From Pseudovirgaria hyperparasitica (Eukaryota): a stretch of DNA of 64,000 bases. A program made the position numbers and the translations under genes. Shown piece after piece: positions 63,352 through 64,000 of the stretch. The stretch is taken from the NCBI GenBank assembly GCA_010093815.1, contig ML996565.1; one strand, written 5' to 3'. The notes below the pieces were generated by a model. It was not told the DNA's origin. It saw only the letters and a program-made list of their open reading frames with translations, and did no database searches. Position 1 is the first letter of the stretch. The number at the start of each line of letters is the position of its first letter.

Positions 63352-64000
63352 TCAAAATATCAGGTCTTTATGCACCATTGCCATTAGTACTGCTTCGTTG
63401 ATCCAAGGATCCAGGATTTTTTCGATTTGCTCAGCCCAATCGTCGTCCCAACTAACACCTTGGAGGGCAGTGAAATACTCCCAATAAGTGGGAAACCACC
63501 CTGCCTCTTCGAAATCAATCAGACTGACCTCGAAGCCTCGTGATGCATCTCGAAGCACCACCACGTTTTTTCTTTGCAGGTCGGAATGTGAGAATACAGG
63601 CCTATGGCCTGCCAATGTCTTCCCAAGATTCCTCTCATAGAAATCGGCCCTGAAACTATGTCTCCCCATTCGCGCCCAATCAAATCGTAGGCGCTTCACA
63701 AGTGCTCCGTTGAATTGCTCTTCCGAGTCGAATGGACCACAAATTTCCCGATCACGTTCCCGGCTGTAGAATAAGTAATGGTCAAACCGACTACCATCAA
63801 CGCTGCCATAGAGTGGAGGAGCTGGAATATCCCGGATTAGTGTAAATAGCTCTTTCAGTTTCGTGCAAACCTCGGATTTTTCAAATTCGCTAAGGCCAGG
63901 CCAGAGTGAATCGAGGGTCTCGCCGGGCATACGCTGCATGATCAGGCACATATGGCCCGTACTTGGTATGCGATACATCGCATAGAGCTTTGGCACCTGG
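63352..64000 (-). CDS. APH (aminoglycoside-phosphotransferase-like) kinase-fold protein, 5'-truncated by the window edge
   Basis: Motifs VPKLY, IMQRMPGETL, GPFDSE, VFSHSDLQRKNVVV and LIDFEEAGWFPTYWEY. Confidence 0.85.
   Translation of the reverse strand, partial: QVPKLYAMYRIPSTGHMCLIMQRMPGETLDSLWPGLSEFEKSEVCTKLKELFTLIRDIPAPPLYGSVDGSRFDHYLFYSRERDREICGPFDSEEQFNGALVKRLRFDWARMGRHSFRADFYERNLGKTLAGHRPVFSHSDLQRKNVVVLRDASRGFEVSLIDFEEAGWFPTYWEYFTALQGVSWDDDWAEQIEKILDPWINEAVLMAMVHKDLIF

Overview
Eukaryotic, intron-containing DNA from a filamentous ascomycete (Pezizomycotina-type GT..CTRAY..YAG introns of about 50-110 nt, dense genes). I can support about 28 protein-coding genes. The conserved ones are LCB2, TPI1, MRPL51, U1-70K, mitochondrial EF-Tu, EHD3, a bestrophin/UPF0187 channel, TRM3, a short kinesin-3, VPS16, an ucp12/DHX57-like helicase, aprataxin, AIM6, a CCDC137-like protein and a class-V aminotransferase. 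Accessory-looking genes are interspersed among them. The most interesting locus is a ~4.8 kb interval (35.3-40.1 kb) holding a head-to-head pair: an FTA2-type protein-kinase-fold gene and a PD-(D/E)XK nuclease gene with PD/ExK/QxxxY motifs. These are the two functional modules of Spok meiotic drivers, here in separate genes, so this is a candidate two-gene toxin-antidote system. Also notable are a secreted ADP-ribosyltransferase-fold candidate, two orphan secreted proteins (one four-exon gene that the ORF track shows only as a fragment), and a HET-domain gene whose domain is split by a ~310-aa acidic, repeat-containing insertion. I saw no rRNA, tRNA, CRISPR or intact transposon. Exon models were read by eye and family assignments come from remembered motifs, not database searches.
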